Assembly: GCA_024653345.1 (NCBI GenBank)
Contig: JANLFV010000002.1
Coordinates: 4,830 to 68,829, forward strand
DNA from: Candidatus Acetothermia bacterium
GTDB lineage: Bacteria > Bipolaricaulota > Bipolaricaulia > RBG-16-55-9 > JANLFV01
Direction of reading: 5' to 3'
DNA length: 64,000 bases
Positions within the stretch are counted from its first letter, which is position 1. Each line of letters starts with the position of its first letter. The notes beneath the pieces were generated by a model that ran no database searches, had not been told where the DNA came from, and was given only the letters and a program-made list of their open reading frames with translations. The position numbers and the translations under genes were made by a program. Positions 1 to 11,302 of the stretch are shown piece after piece.

Positions 1-189
1 GAATGAGCTGACCAAGCCCCGAACCTCGTCATAGATCGTCTTGAGCCTCTCGGGGAGCGGCTGATCCGGCGGGGTAGTGATCACCCCGCCCTCGATCAGC
101 TTGAAGGAGGTCTCCCTCCTCGCGCTCTTGGTCTCGACGATCCCGTAGCCGGTGGTTGCCAGCCCGGGGTCGATCCCCATGACCCTCAT
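1..189 (-). CDS. ruvC: Holliday junction resolvase RuvC (start of the gene is in the window; the rest runs off the left edge)
   Basis: The minus-strand reading frame is open from the window edge to an ATG at 189. It translates to MRVMGIDPGLATTGYGIVE..., the typical RuvC N-terminus with the catalytic Asp in the GIDPG motif. The start ATG overlaps the upstream gene's TGA stop (ATGA). Confidence 0.75.
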   Translation of the reverse strand, partial: MRVMGIDPGLATTGYGIVETKSARRETSFKLIEGGVITTPPDQPLPERLKTIYDEVRGLVSSF

Positions 190-707
190 AGCCATTTCGA
201 GAGCTGGGCGAGGCGCGGGTCGACCTTCTCCTCGCGGAAGGTGAGCTCGGGGCAGAGCGGGCGATGCTCCTCCCTGTTCAGGTTCGCCCCGCAGGAGGGG
301 CATAGCCCGGCGCAGTCCGGCCGACAGAGCGGCTTCGGGCCGAGCGAGCCGAAGACTAGGCTCCGGAGATAAGGGATCAGGCTGATCTGCTCCGCCTCGT
401 CGGGGTAGGCGAAGTCCTCATCCGCCAGGCCGACCTCCCGCTCCTCGCGCAGCGTGATCCTCTCCTCCTTCTCGATCGTCTCAGTGAAGCGGTCCAGGCA
501 GCGGCTGCAGGCTCGTTCCACCTCGGCCCGCAGCTTTAGGGCCAGGTGGACCTTCTCCGCGCGGTAGACGGCCTCGCCTCGAAAGCCGACCCGGGCCCGG
601 AGCACCAGCGCTGCCTCCTGACCTTCGCGGGGCAGAAGCTCGGCCTCCCCGGCGAAGGGGAAGGTCTTGCCCGCGTGACGCTTCAACTCCTTGATGGAGA
701 GATCCAT
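186..707 (-). CDS. YceD/DUF177 family protein (large ribosomal subunit accumulation protein-like)
   Basis: 173 aa with two C-terminal CxxC pairs (CSRC...CAGLCPSC) and an acidic spacer, the usual YceD layout. It is translationally coupled to neighbours on both sides. Confidence 0.65.
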   Translation of the reverse strand: MDLSIKELKRHAGKTFPFAGEAELLPREGQEAALVLRARVGFRGEAVYRAEKVHLALKLRAEVERACSRCLDRFTETIEKEERITLREEREVGLADEDFAYPDEAEQISLIPYLRSLVFGSLGPKPLCRPDCAGLCPSCGANLNREEHRPLCPELTFREEKVDPRLAQLSKWL

Positions 708-1531
708 TTCCGATCACCTCTTATGATAGCATCGGCCACCTGAACTGCTCGCTTCACCTCGAGGACATCGTGGACCCGGACGATGTCAGCGCCGTTGGCG
801 ATCCCGAGCACGACGGTCGCGATCGTCCCCGGAAGGCGGTCCCCCGGCGGGAGGTCGCTCAGCCGGCCGATGAAGGACTTCCTTGAAGGGCCGATGAGGA
901 TCGGCCTTCCCAAGCGCTTCAGCTCGGCGAGGCGGCGGAGGAGCTCGAGGTTGTGCTCGACGGTCTTCCCAAACCCGATCCCCGGGTCGAGGATCAGCCG
1001 CTCCGGGGCGATCCCGGCCGCGGCCGCCGCGCTCAACCGCTCTTGTAGGAAGGCCCCGACCTCCCCGACGAGATCGTTGTAGTGAGGGTTCGCCTGCATC
1101 GTTCTTGGCTCGCCCTGCATGTGCATCAGGACCACGGGGACATCGTATTTGCGAACGACCTCGGCCATCCGCGGGTCGAACCTCATGGCGGAGATATCGT
1201 TGATCATGTCCGCCCCGGCCCTGAGGGCCGCTTCAGCCACGGCGGCCTTGTAGGTGTCGATGGAGATCGTGACCCGCGACGCGCTTCTCAGCCCCTCGAT
1301 CACGGGGATCACGCGGCGGAGCTCCTCCTCCAGCGGGACAGGGTCGGCCCCGGGGCGGGTCGATTCGCCCCCGACATCGACGATGTCCGCGCCGTCCTCC
1401 ACGAGCTTCAGGCCGTGAGCGATGGCCTTCTCGTGCTCCAGATACAGGCCGCCGTCGGAGAACGAGTCGGGGGTGACATTCAAGATCCCCATGATCAGCG
1501 TGCGCTTCCCCAGCTCGGCGAGCAGTCCCAT
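683..1531 (-). CDS. folP: dihydropteroate synthase
   Basis: 282 aa containing GILNVTPDSFSDGG, DIVDVGGESTRPGA and a DISAMR-like motif; this is the pterin-binding DHPS fold signature. Confidence 0.9.
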   Translation of the reverse strand: MGLLAELGKRTLIMGILNVTPDSFSDGGLYLEHEKAIAHGLKLVEDGADIVDVGGESTRPGADPVPLEEELRRVIPVIEGLRSASRVTISIDTYKAAVAEAALRAGADMINDISAMRFDPRMAEVVRKYDVPVVLMHMQGEPRTMQANPHYNDLVGEVGAFLQERLSAAAAAGIAPERLILDPGIGFGKTVEHNLELLRRLAELKRLGRPILIGPSRKSFIGRLSDLPPGDRLPGTIATVVLGIANGADIVRVHDVLEVKRAVQVADAIIRGDRKWISPSRS

Positions 1532-1583
1532 TCTGAACCTATGATAGCACAGCCTCGGCGGCTGGGCAACGGGAGAGGCCGAT

Positions 1584-1612
1584 TTGACTTTGCTCTTCGG
1601 ATGAGCTATACT
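1584..1612 (+). promoter_or_regulatory. sigma-70-like promoter (TTGACT-N17-TATACT) for the zinc-ribbon gene
   Basis: TTGACT at 1584-1589, a 17-nt spacer, then TATACT at 1607-1612, about 45 nt upstream of the 1659 start. Confidence 0.4.
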
Positions 1613-1658
1613 GCCCCAGGCCCAAGGTCACAGGACAAGCCAGAGGAGGTAAAGCTCC

Positions 1659-1841
1659 ATGCCGATGTATGACGTCAGCCATCTCGGGTTGAAGTGCGCC
1701 AAGTGCGGAGCCGAGATCAAGGAACTCCCCTTCCAGCCTTCACAAGACCGGCCGGTCTACTGCTCGCAGTGTGCCAGAGAGCGGAAGCCGCGGTATGGCG
1801 GGGATCGAGGCCGAGGCGGCTACTCCCGCAGAGGACGCTAA
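1659..1841 (+). CDS. small zinc-ribbon protein with Arg/Gly-rich C-terminal tail
   Basis: 60 aa with CAKCG...CSQCA (CxxC-N18-CxxC) and a tail RKPRYGGDRGRGGYSRRGR. A GAGGAGG ribosome-binding site sits 8 nt upstream of the ATG. Confidence 0.6.
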   Translation: MPMYDVSHLGLKCAKCGAEIKELPFQPSQDRPVYCSQCARERKPRYGGDRGRGGYSRRGR

Positions 1842-1951
1842 TTCAGCTCTACCGAGCGGAGGCCGCCAGCGATGGCGGCCTCCGGTTCCTTCCACCAGGA
1901 AAGCCCTCGGGGCTTGGCAAGCGGCCTCGTTCCCGCCTCAAGCAAGTCAGG

Positions 1952-2494
1952 ATGAGCGCTGTCGGTGTGCAGCGAGGTCGGGATAGCGTGCCAAGACGAA
2001 AGGTCGTCGTGAACGACCTGATGCAGAGAGGCTATATTTACTATCTCACCGAGCCAGTCGGCCAGAACTTCCACCCGGAGTTCAAGCCCGAGCTCACCCC
2101 CAAGGAGCTGCTCGAGCTCGGGGTCTTCGGCGGGAAATACATGACCGATTGCAGGGAGGAGTTCCCCGCCGACTGGTTCGCGAACGCGAAGCTCTGCCAT
2201 GAGCGTCACGACCCGGAGCTGAACTACTTCGGCGTCAATGCCTCCCTGCCGCTATCTGTCTGGCGAGAGAGGGGCTGGATCTACCCTGAGGACCCCCGAG
2301 GCTGGTTCCAGTGGTATTGCAGATACTACATGGGCCGGCGCGGGCCGGACGACGAGCGCCAGATCAAGAGGTGGAAGGCGATGAAGCGCCATGTCGCCCA
2401 AATCCGGAAGCACTGCCGCCCGGGGGATCTCGCCTGCCGGCGGAAGCAGCGGCAGGCGCTGCTGAACTGGGCCTACGACAGCAGAGGGATCTAA
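1952..2494 (+). CDS. conserved hypothetical protein (Trp/Tyr-rich, basic C-terminus)
   Basis: Only the C-terminal ~180 aa of track ORF 1694-2494 is non-overlapping coding sequence. The first in-frame ATG after the zinc-ribbon gene is at 1952, and the start is uncertain. The region 1694-1951 overlaps the zinc-ribbon gene in another frame. Confidence 0.45.
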   Translation: MSAVGVQRGRDSVPRRKVVVNDLMQRGYIYYLTEPVGQNFHPEFKPELTPKELLELGVFGGKYMTDCREEFPADWFANAKLCHERHDPELNYFGVNASLPLSVWRERGWIYPEDPRGWFQWYCRYYMGRRGPDDERQIKRWKAMKRHVAQIRKHCRPGDLACRRKQRQALLNWAYDSRGI

Positions 2495-2639
2495 TTCTCG
2501 AGCGAGATGATCCTCGGGAAAGCCGGGGGGTTTCGCCTCCCCTCTAGCGTTCAATAAGGCCCTTTAGCCCTCCGGGCAGCCCGAGCCCACAGCAACCCAG
2601 GATCAGGCGCGCTTTGGCCCAGCCGGCCCAAGGGCCAGC

Positions 2640-3020
2640 TCACTCCTCCTCGGCCCACTCCCTGATCTTCTGCTTGATTTTCGCCTCGATCTTGTCCCCC
2701 ACCTCCTTCCACTCGTGGTCCTCCTCGGCCCACGAGCGGAGCTTCTCCTTGATCTTCCGCTCGATCCGCTCGCCCACCTTCTCCCAGTCCCGCTCCCGCC
2801 GGAGACGATAGAGCCCGCGCGTCGCGCCGATACCCACCCAGGCCAAGAGCAGCGTGATGAGGAACCACAGCCCGGCCGCCTGCCAGTAGCTGAGCGGCTT
2901 GAGCAGCCCGAGGTGCCCGACGACGATCGAGTTGAACAGCATCTGGATGATCCAGCTGAAGAAGAAGAACGCCGCCACCCCGCCGCCGAAGAGCCCGCTG
3001 ATCCATCTCATCTTTTCCAC
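2640..3020 (-). CDS. small membrane protein with tandem C-terminal charged repeat
   Basis: 126 aa with two hydrophobic helices, then a duplicated ~23-aa unit DWEKVGERIERKIKEKLRSWAEE / EWKEVGDKIEAKIKQKIREWAEE. Confidence 0.5.
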   Translation of the reverse strand: MEKMRWISGLFGGGVAAFFFFSWIIQMLFNSIVVGHLGLLKPLSYWQAAGLWFLITLLLAWVGIGATRGLYRLRRERDWEKVGERIERKIKEKLRSWAEEDHEWKEVGDKIEAKIKQKIREWAEEE

Positions 3021-3135
3021 CCCCTAGGAGCAGCTAAACAAGCATAACGGCTGCTGAGAGGCGGAGTCAAGCGATGCCCCGATTTGGCCCGCGCGGCGGC
3101 GCCGGGCTAGAATCCCGACCCTGAGAGGCGCGCTT

Positions 3136-4290
3136 ATGGCAAGGGCGAAGAGGATGACCGGGCTCGTCCCGCTGATGGTGAGCCACTTCACCAACGACAT
3201 CTACTCCAACTTCCTCCCGGCCTACATCCCTCAGCTGATCGCCAAGTTCTCGCTCTCGCTCACCTTGGCGGGAGGGGCCTCCTCGGTCTACAGCTCGATC
3301 TCCTCCTTCACCCAGCTTCTCTTCGGCTATGCCGGGGACCGGCTGGGGCGGGCGAACTTCGCCCTCCTTGCCCCGCTGATCACGGCCGTCTTCATGAGCG
3401 CGGTGGGGCTGATGCCCTCTTATCCGCTAGTGCTGTGCCTCCTGGTCTTGGCCGCTCTCGGGACAGCCAGCTTCCATCCGTCATCCGCCTCCCAGGCCGG
3501 CGGGCTCTCCCAGCACCATAAGGGGATGGTGGTCTCGAGCTTCATCGCCGCGGGGTCGCTGGGCTATGCCTTGGGGCCGCTCCTTGCGACCGGCTTCATC
3601 GGGGTGGCCGGGTTCGAGAGGACCTATCTCCTGGCCCTTCCGAGCTTGCTCCTCATCGCGGTCCTCTGGAGAAGAACCCGCTGGCCCGCCAAGCCGAGGC
3701 CGGCGGAGAGGGCCAAGGGATCGGCCAGGGCCCTCCTGCCCCTCCTCCCGCTCTGGCTGGTGGTGATCCTCCGCTCGACCGTCCAGATCTCCTTCACCAC
3801 CTTCCTGCTCGTGCTGCTCGAGCAGCGCGGGCTCTCGCAACTCGCGGGGAGCCTCGTGCTCGGCCTCTCCCTCTTCGTGGGGACTTTGGGGACTTTGGGC
3901 GGGGGCTATCTCTCCGACCGCCTCGGCAGGAGGTGGGTCACGGCCCTCTCGCTCGCCCTGGCCTATCCACTCTACTTCGGGTTCTTGCACACCGGCGGGG
4001 CAGCGTCGTTCTCGCTCCTCGCGACCGGCTGGGCGCTCGCGGCCGCGTCGAACCCGGTGATCCTGACGCAAGCCCAGGAGCTCGCCCCCGCGCAAGCGAG
4101 CATGGCCTCAGCGATCACGATGGGCTTCGGCTGGGGGATCGCCGGCCTCTTGGTGAGCCTCGTCGGCTGGCTGGCCGACCTCCGCGGGCTCGCGGCGAGC
4201 CTGAACTGGACGATCCTCGCCCTCCCACTCGCTGCGGTCGTCTCGCTAACGACTAGAGAACAGGGGAGAGAGACCGGCGAGCCTAGGTGA
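3136..4290 (+). CDS. MFS transporter
   Basis: 384 aa with about 12 predicted transmembrane helices and a GDRLGRR-type loop motif between helices 2 and 3. Confidence 0.85.
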   Translation: MARAKRMTGLVPLMVSHFTNDIYSNFLPAYIPQLIAKFSLSLTLAGGASSVYSSISSFTQLLFGYAGDRLGRANFALLAPLITAVFMSAVGLMPSYPLVLCLLVLAALGTASFHPSSASQAGGLSQHHKGMVVSSFIAAGSLGYALGPLLATGFIGVAGFERTYLLALPSLLLIAVLWRRTRWPAKPRPAERAKGSARALLPLLPLWLVVILRSTVQISFTTFLLVLLEQRGLSQLAGSLVLGLSLFVGTLGTLGGGYLSDRLGRRWVTALSLALAYPLYFGFLHTGGAASFSLLATGWALAAASNPVILTQAQELAPAQASMASAITMGFGWGIAGLLVSLVGWLADLRGLAASLNWTILALPLAAVVSLTTREQGRETGEPR

Positions 4291-4924
4291 GGGCCGTGAC
4301 TCCGGAGTAGATGAACCAGCCGGCGAGGCCGATGAGGAAGAGCCCGCAGCCCAGGATCAAGCCGGCGTAGAACCTCGGGCCGATCAGCCTCTTCCCCTGG
4401 GAGAGGGCGACCGAGACCGCCGTGAGCCAGACGAGGTCCGAGAGGATATGGCCGGTGTAGAAGAACGGGAGCCCGACCCAGCCCCGCTCGAGCGAGAGGA
4501 GGACATAGCTCGCCCCGATCGTGAGCCACCACACGATCCAGTAGGGGTTGACGATGCTGGCGACCAGGCCGTTGATGATCGGGCCGAACCGGCCGGGGAG
4601 CTCCGCGCGGCCGGTCTCAACCGGCGCGATCCGGCCGCGGACGACATCCCGGATCATCCCCCAGCCGAGGAAGATGAGGACGATCCCCCCGGCCGAGCCG
4701 ACTGTGGCCATCACCAGATCGTTCGAGACGAACCGTCCCAGCCCGAAGGCCAGGGCCAGGACCGCTGCCAGCTCGAGCAGCCCGTGGCCGAGGGTCACGA
4801 GCGGCCCCGCGAGCGGGCCGCAGAGGTAGGTCCCCTTGATCGTAGCCACGAGCAGCGGCCCGGGCATCAGCGCCCCGGAGAGGCCGACGACAAATGAGGT
4901 GCAGAGCAAGCTCCAGAGTGACAC
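4283..4924 (-). CDS. LysE/RhtB family amino-acid exporter
   Basis: 213 aa with six transmembrane helices and an N-terminal GALMPGP-like motif typical of LysE translocators. Confidence 0.8.
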   Translation of the reverse strand: MSLWSLLCTSFVVGLSGALMPGPLLVATIKGTYLCGPLAGPLVTLGHGLLELAAVLALAFGLGRFVSNDLVMATVGSAGGIVLIFLGWGMIRDVVRGRIAPVETGRAELPGRFGPIINGLVASIVNPYWIVWWLTIGASYVLLSLERGWVGLPFFYTGHILSDLVWLTAVSVALSQGKRLIGPRFYAGLILGCGLFLIGLAGWFIYSGVTALT

Positions 4925-4925
4925 T

Positions 4926-6290
4926 TCACAAGACCTTCCCCGGGTTCATGATCCCATTGGGGTCGAGGAGGGCCTTGATCTTCCGCATCAGCTCCAGGCT
5001 CGGGCCGTGCTCCCTCTCCATGAACCTCCGCTTCCCCAGCCCGACGCCATGCTCGCCTGTGGCCGTCCCGCCCAGCTCTAGGGCCCGATGGACGATCGCC
5101 GCGTTCGCGGCCTCCGCCCGGTCGAGCTCATCCCCCTCCCCAGGGTGATACAAGAGCTCGGCATGGAGGCCTCCTAAGCCGGCGTGGCCGAAGAGATAGC
5201 CCTTCAGTCCATGCTCCTGCAAGGCCCACTTGGCGTATTCCACGAGCTCGGGATAGCGCGAGAGCGGGACCGCGACATCGACCACGATCCCGGCCACCTT
5301 CGGGAAGGCCTTCCGGATCGTGTCGTGGATCAGGTGGCGGGCCTCCCAGAGCCGGTCCCGCTCCTCCCTTCCCAGGCCCGTCTCGAGCCGGTGAGCGCCG
5401 GCGCAGATTTGCCTCACCAGTTGGAGGTCATCCTCTAGCGCGGCCCGGCTGCTCCCCTGGAACTCCAAAAACAGCGTCGGCCGCTCCGGGAGGCCCAGCT
5501 TATTGAACTTATTAATGAGCGCTACAGTCTCCTCATCCATGAACTCGAGGGCCGCGGGGACCAGCCCGGCCCCGACCAGCTCGGCCACGGCCCTCGCGGC
5601 TTCGGCGAGCGAGGCGAAGCTCACGACCGCGGCTAGGAACTCCGCGGGTAGGCCGGAGAGGCCCAAGGTGACCTCGGTGATCACAGCTAAGGTGCCCTCC
5701 GAGCCGATGAAGAGCCGCTTCAAGTCATAGCCGGAGGAGCTCCGCCAGGCCCGGGAGCCGAGCTCGACGATCTCACCCGTGGGGAGGACGACCTCCAGCC
5801 CGAGGACATGGTCCCCGGTCGAGCCATACTTCATCGCCCGGATACCCTTGGCGTCGTTCGCCACCATCCCCCCGATCGTGGCCACCGCTCCCGGATCAGG
5901 AGGGAAGAAGAGGCCATACCGCTCGAGCCGCTCGTTCAGCCTCACGAAGTCCAGCCCGGCCTCGACCCGGACTTGGAGGTCCTCCGGCCTGATCCAGAGG
6001 ACCCGGTCCATCAGCCGCATGTCGAGGACCAGGCCGCCTCGGACTGGGATGGGGTTCCCCTCGAGGCTCGTCCCACCGGCCCAGGGGGTCACCGGGATCT
6101 TCCTCGAATTAGCGAGCTTAAGAATCGCGCTGATCTCCTCCGCCGAGCGGGGCCAGACCACCGCCTCCGGCCGGGAAGGGGGATGGTGGGACTCATCCCG
6201 CGAGTGGAGTTCGAGCTCCGACTCCCCGGTCGAGAGCCGCTCCGGGCCGACGATCGCCCGGAGGCGGTCAAGGTCTTCCGCCTCAAGCAT
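4926..6290 (-). CDS. FAD-linked oxidase (GlcD / D-lactate dehydrogenase family)
   Basis: 454 aa with an FAD-binding PCMH-type domain (GGGTSLEG-like motif) and a C-terminal FAD-oxidase domain ending GIMNPGK. Confidence 0.85.
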   Translation of the reverse strand: MLEAEDLDRLRAIVGPERLSTGESELELHSRDESHHPPSRPEAVVWPRSAEEISAILKLANSRKIPVTPWAGGTSLEGNPIPVRGGLVLDMRLMDRVLWIRPEDLQVRVEAGLDFVRLNERLERYGLFFPPDPGAVATIGGMVANDAKGIRAMKYGSTGDHVLGLEVVLPTGEIVELGSRAWRSSSGYDLKRLFIGSEGTLAVITEVTLGLSGLPAEFLAAVVSFASLAEAARAVAELVGAGLVPAALEFMDEETVALINKFNKLGLPERPTLFLEFQGSSRAALEDDLQLVRQICAGAHRLETGLGREERDRLWEARHLIHDTIRKAFPKVAGIVVDVAVPLSRYPELVEYAKWALQEHGLKGYLFGHAGLGGLHAELLYHPGEGDELDRAEAANAAIVHRALELGGTATGEHGVGLGKRRFMEREHGPSLELMRKIKALLDPNGIMNPGKVL

Positions 6291-6302
6291 TATGCCAGAC
6301 AG

Positions 6303-8690
<2,388 letters not shown>

Positions 8691-8699
8691 CTTGACCTC

Positions 8700-9851
8700 C
8701 TAGACGCGCTCGAAGATGGCGGCCATCCCCTGCCCGCCGCCAACGCACATCGTCACGAGGCCCCGCTCGGCATCCCGTCGCTTCAGCTCGTAAGCGAGGG
8801 TCACGACCAGCCGGCAGCCGGAAGAGCCGAGGGCGTGGCCGAGGGCGATCGCGCCCCCGTTCACATTCAGCTTCTCTTGCGGCAGGTCGAGCTGGCGGAT
8901 CACGGCGAGCGACTGGGCGGCAAAGGCCTCGTTCAGCTCGATCAGGTCGATCTCGTCGAAGCTCATCCCCGTCTTTCTCAACACCTTCGGGACGGCCTCG
9001 ACCGGCCCGATCCCCATGATCTCGGGAGGGACACCAGCCGCGGCGGCGGTGATGAAGCGGAGGAGCGGCTTGAGCCGGAGGCTCCTCGCCCGCTGCTTCG
9101 AGGCGAGCAGGACCGCCGAGGCCCCGTCGGTCAAAGGTGAAGAATTCCCCGCGGTCACCGACCCGCCCTGCTTGAAGGCCGGCGGGAGCTTGCCCATCGC
9201 CTCTAGAGAGGTGTCGAACCTGATCGTCTCGTCCACCTCGTGGAGGACCTCCTCCCCGTCCAGCTTCACCTTCAAGGGGACGATCTCCTCCTTGAACCGG
9301 CCCTCCCTGGTGGCCCGCGCGGCCTTCATTTGAGAGTCATAGGCGAACCTGTCCTGGTCCTCCCGGCTGATCCCGAACTTAGCCGCCACATTCTCCGCGG
9401 TAATCCCCATCGGGGTGTAGACCTCTGGCAGCTTCTCCGCGAGGTCGGGGTTCGGCCTGGCGGTGAAGCCGCCCATCGGCACCATGCTCATGGACTCGAC
9501 GCCGCCGGCGAGGATCAGGTCCGCGTCCCCGTGGGCGATCTCGTAGGCAGCGGAGACGATCGTCTCCAGCCCCGAGGCGCAGAACCGATTGATGGTCACG
9601 GCCGGGACGGAATGGGGTATCCCGGCGATGAACTGCGCGACCCGCGCGACATTCAGGCCCTGGTGGGCCTCGGGCATGGCGCAGCCGATCCGGATGTCGT
9701 CCAGCTCTCTCGCATCCACTCCCGTCCGCTCGAGGAGGGCCTTCATGATCCAGCCCAGCAGGTCGTCCGGCCTTGTCTGCCGGAGCCGGCCGCGGACGGC
9801 CCGCCCGCTCGCCGACCGGACGGCGCCCACAACCACTACCTCCTTCATCAT
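8700..9851 (-). CDS. acetyl-CoA C-acyltransferase (thiolase)
   Basis: Thiolase motifs present (NRFCASG with active-site Cys; C-terminal GGGQG). The start is trimmed to MMKEVVVVGA at 9851, which has an AAGGAGGAG ribosome-binding site. Confidence 0.9.
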   Translation of the reverse strand: MMKEVVVVGAVRSASGRAVRGRLRQTRPDDLLGWIMKALLERTGVDARELDDIRIGCAMPEAHQGLNVARVAQFIAGIPHSVPAVTINRFCASGLETIVSAAYEIAHGDADLILAGGVESMSMVPMGGFTARPNPDLAEKLPEVYTPMGITAENVAAKFGISREDQDRFAYDSQMKAARATREGRFKEEIVPLKVKLDGEEVLHEVDETIRFDTSLEAMGKLPPAFKQGGSVTAGNSSPLTDGASAVLLASKQRARSLRLKPLLRFITAAAAGVPPEIMGIGPVEAVPKVLRKTGMSFDEIDLIELNEAFAAQSLAVIRQLDLPQEKLNVNGGAIALGHALGSSGCRLVVTLAYELKRRDAERGLVTMCVGGGQGMAAIFERV

Positions 9852-9867
9852 CTCCTCCTTTGCGAGC

Positions 9868-10566
9868 CTATCCGCCGAGGTAAGCGCAGCGGACATGCTC
9901 ATCTTCGCAGAACTCCTTGACCGTCCCCTCCTTGACGATCCGGCCCGTCTCCAACAGGTAGAGCCGGCTGGAGTGCTCCAGGGCAAAGACCACATTCTGC
10001 TCGGCCAAGAGGATGGTCATCCCGTTCTTGGTGATCTTCTCGAGGGCCTGGGAGATGGCCCGCCTGACGATCGGGGCCAGGCCGAGGGTCGGCTCGTCGA
10101 GCAAGAGCAGGCGCGGGCGGCCCATGAGCGCCCGCCCGATCGCCAGCATCTGCTGCTCCCCGCCGGAGAGGGTCCGAGCGAGCTGCCGCTTCCGCTCCTT
10201 GAGGAAGGGGAAGAGGCCGTAGACCATCGCTAGGTCCTCTTGCACACTCTTGTCCCGATGGCGGCGATAGGCTCCCAGCATCAGGTTGTCGTAGACGGAC
10301 ATGAAGGGGAAGAGGTGGCGCTCCTCGGGGCAGTGGATGATCCCGCGGGCCACGGTCGCCGCGGGATCTTGGGGCAGCTCCTCCCCGGCGAAGAGGACCT
10401 GGCCGTGATACTCCTTCAGCCCCGAGATGGAGCGGAAGAGAGTGGTCTTCCCCGCCCCGTTCGAGCCGATCACCGCGACGAACTCCCCCTCCTCGACTTC
10501 GAGGGAGACGCCGCGCAGGACATGGGCCTTGCTGTAGTAGACATCCAGGCCTCTGACCTCAAGCAT
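9868..10566 (-). CDS. livF: branched-chain amino acid ABC transporter ATP-binding protein LivF-like
   Basis: 232 aa with Walker A GSNGAGKTT, LSGGEQQ signature and Walker B LLLDEP. Confidence 0.85.
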   Translation of the reverse strand: MLEVRGLDVYYSKAHVLRGVSLEVEEGEFVAVIGSNGAGKTTLFRSISGLKEYHGQVLFAGEELPQDPAATVARGIIHCPEERHLFPFMSVYDNLMLGAYRRHRDKSVQEDLAMVYGLFPFLKERKRQLARTLSGGEQQMLAIGRALMGRPRLLLLDEPTLGLAPIVRRAISQALEKITKNGMTILLAEQNVVFALEHSSRLYLLETGRIVKEGTVKEFCEDEHVRCAYLGG

Positions 10567-11302
10567 CGTTCACACCCCCGCCGGCCAGATAGGCCTCCTG
10601 GACCTGAGGGTTGGCCGCCACCTCGGCCGGGGTCCCCTCGGCCAGCTTCTCCCCAAAGCAGATCACGACAACCCGATCGACCAGCCTCATCACCCCGCGC
10701 ATGTTGTGGTCCACGAGCACGACCGTCCGGCCGCTCTCGCGGAACTTCCCGATCACCCCGGAGACCTCCTCTACTTCAGCGGCGGAGAGGCCGGCGAACG
10801 GCTCATCGAGCAGGAGCAGCTCCGGATCGGTGGCGATCGCCTTGGCGATCTCCAGGCGCCGGAGCGAAGCGTGCGGCAGAGCCCCGGGCAACTTCCACAG
10901 GTCCTCGCCCAAGCCGACGAGCTCCGCGGCCTGGAGGATCTTCCGCTCGCGGGCCTGGCGGTTCTCCCGGGCGAAGATCCGGTTCTGGATCGTGGAGATC
11001 TCGATGTTCTCGAAAACCGTCTTGTGCCGCAGGAACCGCGAGAGCTGGAAGACGCGGGCGATCCCGCAGTTGACCACCCGATAGGTCCGCCAGCCCGTGA
11101 TGTCCCTCCCCTTGAAGATGATCCTCCCCGAGTCCGGCTTGAAGCTCCCCATGATCAGGTTGAAGACGGTCGTCTTCCCCGCGCCGTTCGGCCCGATGAA
11201 GCCGAGGATCTCGCCCTCTTCAACGGCGAAACTGAGCGTGTTGACCGCCACCAGCCCGCCGAAGGTCTTCCTCAGTCTCTCCAGTTCCAGGACGCTCTTC
11301 AC
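10559..11302 (-). CDS. livG: branched-chain amino acid ABC transporter ATP-binding protein LivG-like
   Basis: GPNGAGKTT and LLLDEPFAGL motifs. The track ORF's N-terminal extension overlaps livM; the likely start is a GTG at 11302, directly after the livM stop. Confidence 0.8.
   Translation of the reverse strand: MKSVLELERLRKTFGGLVAVNTLSFAVEEGEILGFIGPNGAGKTTVFNLIMGSFKPDSGRIIFKGRDITGWRTYRVVNCGIARVFQLSRFLRHKTVFENIEISTIQNRIFARENRQARERKILQAAELVGLGEDLWKLPGALPHASLRRLEIAKAIATDPELLLLDEPFAGLSAAEVEEVSGVIGKFRESGRTVVLVDHNMRGVMRLVDRVVVICFGEKLAEGTPAEVAANPQVQEAYLAGGGVNDA

Noticed and set aside
1694-1951. N-terminal 86 codons of track ORF 1694-2494.
   Set aside because: This part overlaps the well-formed zinc-ribbon gene in another frame and is Arg/Pro-rich. 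The real gene most likely begins at or after 1952.
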